From NCBI GenBank assembly GCA_017554545.1, contig JAFZIB010000039.1:1-40330 (forward strand): a stretch of DNA of 40,330 bases. Direction: 5' to 3'. A program made the translations under genes and the position numbers. Under the pieces are notes generated by a model. That model searched no databases. It had not been told where the DNA came from and saw only the letters and a list, made by a program, of their open reading frames with translations. The stretch comes from Clostridia bacterium (lineage in GTDB: Bacteria; Bacillota; Clostridia; Christensenellales; Borkfalkiaceae). Numbering within the stretch: the first letter of the stretch is position 1; each line of letters starts with the position of its first letter. Positions 37,123-40,330 of the stretch are shown piece after piece.

Positions 37123-37830
37123 CTAGCCGATAATAGTTCCTATACTCTCGCCTTTAACGGCTTTAACTAGCGAATCCTTTTCGAATAAGCCGAAAGCAAG
37201 CACGGGAATCTGGTTTTCCATACAAATAGTGATAGCGGTGGTATCCATCGCCTTAAGACCTTTTTCGATATACTCTTTATAAGAGATTTTATCGAACTTT
37301 TTAGCGTCTTTGTTAACCTTCGGGTCGGAATCGTAAATACCATCGACGTTTTTAGCAAGGAGCAATACGTCCGCACCGATTTCGGCGGCGCGAAGTGCAG
37401 CCGTCGTGTCGGTAGTAAAGTAGGGGTTACCCGTTCCGCATGCAAATATAACTATTCTGCCTTTGGTTAAATGCGAAAGCGCCTTTCTTAAAATATACGG
37501 CTCTGCAACTCTGGTAATGGTTAGCGCCGTTTGAACTCTGGTAGGCATACCTTCTCTCTCTAAAGCGTCTTGGAGAGCCAAAGCGTTAATGACGGTTGCC
37601 AGCATACCCATATGGTCGGCGGTAGTTCTATCCATTTCTCTACCTTGTCTGCCACGCCAGAAGTTGCCTCCGCCAACGATAATACCTATTTCTACGCCAA
37701 GTTCTTGCACCGCTTTAATCTCTGCAACTACCGACTGAAGAATTTGCTCGTCGATACCGTTACCCTTACTTCCTGCAAGCGCTTCGCCCGAAAGTTTAAT
37801 TATTACTCTTTTGTATTTTGCATTAGCCAT
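37123..37830 (-). CDS. pyrH: UMP kinase
   Basis: [23 protein letters not shown] and [15 protein letters not shown] motifs. Confidence 0.95.
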   Translation of the reverse strand: MANAKYKRVIIKLSGEALAGSKGNGIDEQILQSVVAEIKAVQELGVEIGIIVGGGNFWRGRQGREMDRTTADHMGMLATVINALALQDALEREGMPTRVQTALTITRVAEPYILRKALSHLTKGRIVIFACGTGNPYFTTDTTAALRAAEIGADVLLLAKNVDGIYDSDPKVNKDAKKFDKISYKEYIEKGLKAMDTTAITICMENQIPVLAFGLFEKDSLVKAVKGESIGTIIG

Positions 37831-37865
37831 AAAACGTCTCCCCTATATAAACTCTATTAAAGTAT

Positions 37866-37894
37866 AGTATATACTTTTTTTTAACTTTTGTAAA
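37866..37894 (-). promoter_or_regulatory. Candidate sigma-A promoter for the pyrH-rseP operon
   Basis: Minus strand TTTACA (37894-37889), 17 nt, TATACT (37871-37866). Confidence 0.45.
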
Positions 37895-37990
37895 TACAAT
37901 AAACCAAACTAGGTAAAAATTATGTCAAAATTATCCACCGTCCGTTCGTTGCCGATACCACGACGACGAAATATTAATACTTTAATATTT

Positions 37991-38869
37991 TTATTTAATT
38001 TCAACCACGTATTTTTTCAGTATTTTTACGGGGTTGTAGTCTAGTTTAGATTTTCTTAAACCTAAATCGCCCATATCTTCTTCGCGATTAACGAACTTAA
38101 CTTTGCCGGCATATTCATTAACGAAAAGATTGCATAGTTTTTTATACGCGCCCTTAACGGTTTTATCGGCTTTTTCTACGTGATAAAACAACACGTCGCC
38201 AACTATTTCTCCCAGAGAAAAACCTATAATTTTATCCTCCGATTTTAACGCTAGCCCCACGAAGTTAAAGTTCGGTAAATTGTCTAGCGCCTCTTTAGTC
38301 TTTATAATTTCTTCCCTTTCAAAGTCGCTTTTTGCGTTAGATACGCAAAAGTTTTTATCTAAAAATTCCTTTATTAATTGCACGTTTTGTCCGTCGATTG
38401 TTACGGCGGAATAGTTGGGATTGTTTCTGTTAAACTGGCTTATTAAATTTCGTTGGGGAGAAAACTTTTTACCCCTTAAACTTATTAAATCTTCGGATAG
38501 ATATAGATAGTCTGCAAAAATTTCTTGCTCGTAATAACTACACTCGCAAAGGTCTTTTATGCTCTGCAACAGGCTTTCCGGCACGGTGCAAAATCTTAAG
38601 GGCTCGCCGTCTAATTTTGCTTGATTTTTTAATACTTTAAGGCACTCTTCAAAATCTTTGCCTATAGGCAAGTTGTAAAAACGCTCGCCCTTTTCGTTAT
38701 ATAGCCTAGTGTATAAAACGCCTTGCTCTATAGCGTATTCCATCTTAAAATAGTCGCGCCACATAAAAGTCCCGCCAACCGTATAGTCGCAGGTCTGATA
38801 GTCTGTGATTAAATTAAAATAGGGCCTACAAAGACTTAAATCTTTTAGCCCTAATCTTTTAAATTCCAT
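37991..38869 (-). CDS. Stand-alone DUF2156 protein (MprF/LysX aminoacyl-phosphatidylglycerol synthase catalytic-domain fold)
   Basis: CDYTVGGTFMWRDYF near the N-terminus and the highly characteristic C-terminal block VNREEDMGDLGLRKSKLDYNPVKILKKY. 292 aa with no TM segment. Confidence 0.8.
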   Translation of the reverse strand: MEFKRLGLKDLSLCRPYFNLITDYQTCDYTVGGTFMWRDYFKMEYAIEQGVLYTRLYNEKGERFYNLPIGKDFEECLKVLKNQAKLDGEPLRFCTVPESLLQSIKDLCECSYYEQEIFADYLYLSEDLISLRGKKFSPQRNLISQFNRNNPNYSAVTIDGQNVQLIKEFLDKNFCVSNAKSDFEREEIIKTKEALDNLPNFNFVGLALKSEDKIIGFSLGEIVGDVLFYHVEKADKTVKGAYKKLCNLFVNEYAGKVKFVNREEDMGDLGLRKSKLDYNPVKILKKYVVEIK

Positions 38870-39425
38870 TTATTTTTTGCCCTATTTCTTCTTTTATTTC
38901 ACAACCGACTTGAGTTACGAAACGGTCGAATTCTTCCAGTTCTTTTTTTGCTTTGTATTTTACGTAATTAACTAGCATTATAACACACTCTTTAATTAAG
39001 AAAATCGCAAGGCTAGCGCTGGTAAATAACAGCACTAAAATATTTATTGCAAGGTTGCCTGCGCCTACGTTGATACATCTTATAACGTTTACTAAAAGTA
39101 AAGTCGTGCCTGCAGGTCTTAAAATTGAACAGGCGATTTTTAGAGCGCTGATAAACCTTTTATTTCTATTTTGATTTTTAACTTTATTTTTTGCTGCGCG
39201 GTTGGTTAAGCCCCAAATAAACGCGTACACCAAAAAGTCTAACGCCACTATGCAAAAGTTAATAATTGCAACGTCTCTAAAAGCACCGCTTACGCCTATT
39301 GCAAAGCAGCACAAAAAATATAGGAGTAAAAATCCGCCCTTAATTAGGCATACTCTAATAAACCAAATGGTGTTTCTTGCCGAATTAATAGACCTTTCGG
39401 TAAGTTCTTCTAAATAATCCCACAT
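38859..39425 (-). CDS. Hypothetical 4-TM membrane protein
   Basis: Four hydrophobic helices, a basic loop (AAKNKVKNQNRNKR) and a charged C-terminal tail. It overlaps the DUF2156 gene by 11 nt. No clear SD and no recognisable family. Confidence 0.55.
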   Translation of the reverse strand: MWDYLEELTERSINSARNTIWFIRVCLIKGGFLLLYFLCCFAIGVSGAFRDVAIINFCIVALDFLVYAFIWGLTNRAAKNKVKNQNRNKRFISALKIACSILRPAGTTLLLVNVIRCINVGAGNLAINILVLLFTSASLAIFLIKECVIMLVNYVKYKAKKELEEFDRFVTQVGCEIKEEIGQKINGI

Positions 39426-39433
39426 AATAATTT

Positions 39434-40273
39434 TTAAATCGTAGTGTAAAAATGTCCGTCCTCGTATTTATAGTATTCTTCCATAATACGCTGGTTGTTC
39501 TCTTCCGTTCCGATACCCACCATTTCGATAATTTTGTTTCTTACCTCGTTGTTGAGTTTTTCTACTGCCTCGCGCTTGTTTAAGGTCATATCCGGATAGA
39601 TAGGCTCGCCTATATGCGTGGTAACGAAGGGTGCAGTCTTAAAAATTAATTTGCTAAGTCCCTTTCTTTCTCTGTAAGAATATCCTACGGGCACGATGGG
39701 TTTATTATACTTATACGCAAAAACGGCAGCGCCTCTCTTAAAAGGTCTAATCGGAACGTAGTAATACCATAACCCCGTTTCGGGATAGATATGCACCCAC
39801 TTGTTTTCTTTGAACACGTCTTCAACGAAACGCATAAATTTCATAAATGCCGAGCGCTCCTCGGGAATAGGAATAACCCCCGCAAGCGAGAAGATTTTGC
39901 CAAACTTTGAGGTAACGATTTTACCCCAAGCAGGAACGTTGGGAAGCCCCATTCTCATAGACGCGCAAAGCGCAACGTAGTCCCACATAAACACGTGGTT
40001 ACTCACGGTTATAAAACCGTTTTTACGTAGCGTTTTACGGTGCTTTTTAAATTCCTTACGCCCTTTAACTTTTAAATGATATCTAATCCTAACGAGCGGG
40101 TGAGCGATAAACACGAAAAGTATTTTAAAAAAGAACTGACCTATTTTAAAGGTAGTCTTTTTTAGAGACCTATAATACTTATTATCTAGTACTACGTCTC
40201 TTTTTTTCTCTACTTTTATTATTTGTTCATCCGTTTGCTTGGGATATATATACTTAATCTTTGGAATAAACAT
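39434..40273 (-). CDS. PlsC/LPLAT-family acyltransferase (HX4D)
   Basis: VSNHVFMWD (HX4D), VHIYPETG (block III) and an N-terminal hydrophobic anchor. 8 nt upstream of the next gene. Confidence 0.75.
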   Translation of the reverse strand: MFIPKIKYIYPKQTDEQIIKVEKKRDVVLDNKYYRSLKKTTFKIGQFFFKILFVFIAHPLVRIRYHLKVKGRKEFKKHRKTLRKNGFITVSNHVFMWDYVALCASMRMGLPNVPAWGKIVTSKFGKIFSLAGVIPIPEERSAFMKFMRFVEDVFKENKWVHIYPETGLWYYYVPIRPFKRGAAVFAYKYNKPIVPVGYSYRERKGLSKLIFKTAPFVTTHIGEPIYPDMTLNKREAVEKLNNEVRNKIIEMVGIGTEENNQRIMEEYYKYEDGHFYTTI

Positions 40274-40330
40274 ATAAAATTAGTTAAGCAAATCTGTATT
40301 GCTCGTTAGAATCCTCTTTTTTATATTTAA

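Noticed and set aside
37922-38044. About 40-aa + strand ORF (MSKLSTVRSLPIPRRRNINTLIF...) in the pyrH / DUF2156 intergenic region.
   Set aside because: It has no SD, it runs antisense into the 3' end of the DUF2156 gene, and it has no recognisable features. It is probably chance in AT-rich DNA.

Overview
This is a 40.3-kb chromosomal window that is almost entirely coding. I count 42 CDS, about 36 of them on the minus strand. Gene content (spoIIGA-sigE, a BclA-like collagen protein, hisZ with a short-form hisG, GGAGG-type ribosome-binding sites) points to a low/moderate-GC endospore-forming Firmicute, probably a Clostridia-like lineage. I cannot name the taxon without a database search.

Most of the window is housekeeping:
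- the uvrB 5' part, open at the left edge
- a 10-gene his operon (hisR/yerC-like, then hisZGDCBHAF-IE)
- dxs
- yajC
- spoIIGA-sigE
- lepA-(membrane protein)-hemW
- gdhA
- the conserved pyrH-frr-uppS-cdsA-dxr-rseP block

Accessory-looking parts are:
1. 1355-5037: a hotdog thioesterase, a Cys-rich BclA-type collagen-like protein behind a 25-bp perfect palindrome, and a membrane protein/patatin/ComEC-type MBL lipoprotein operon.
2. 13685-22784: a scattered glycan-assembly set (NahK-like kinase, two Wzz/CpsC-like proteins with no kinase, an ABC exporter, a Wzy_C protein, an XRE-2TM-zinc-ribbon regulator, and a CapD/PglF-like dehydratase) with no glycosyltransferase.
3. 37991-40273: a tight PlsC-type acyltransferase / 4-TM protein / stand-alone DUF2156 (MprF synthase domain) operon. 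I regard this as the best candidate for an undescribed lipid-modification system.

I saw no tRNA/rRNA genes, CRISPR arrays, transposases, integrases or recognisable phage-defence genes. All product calls come from motif-level recognition of the translated ORFs, with no homology search. Promoter, terminator and operator calls are read by eye from the sequence.
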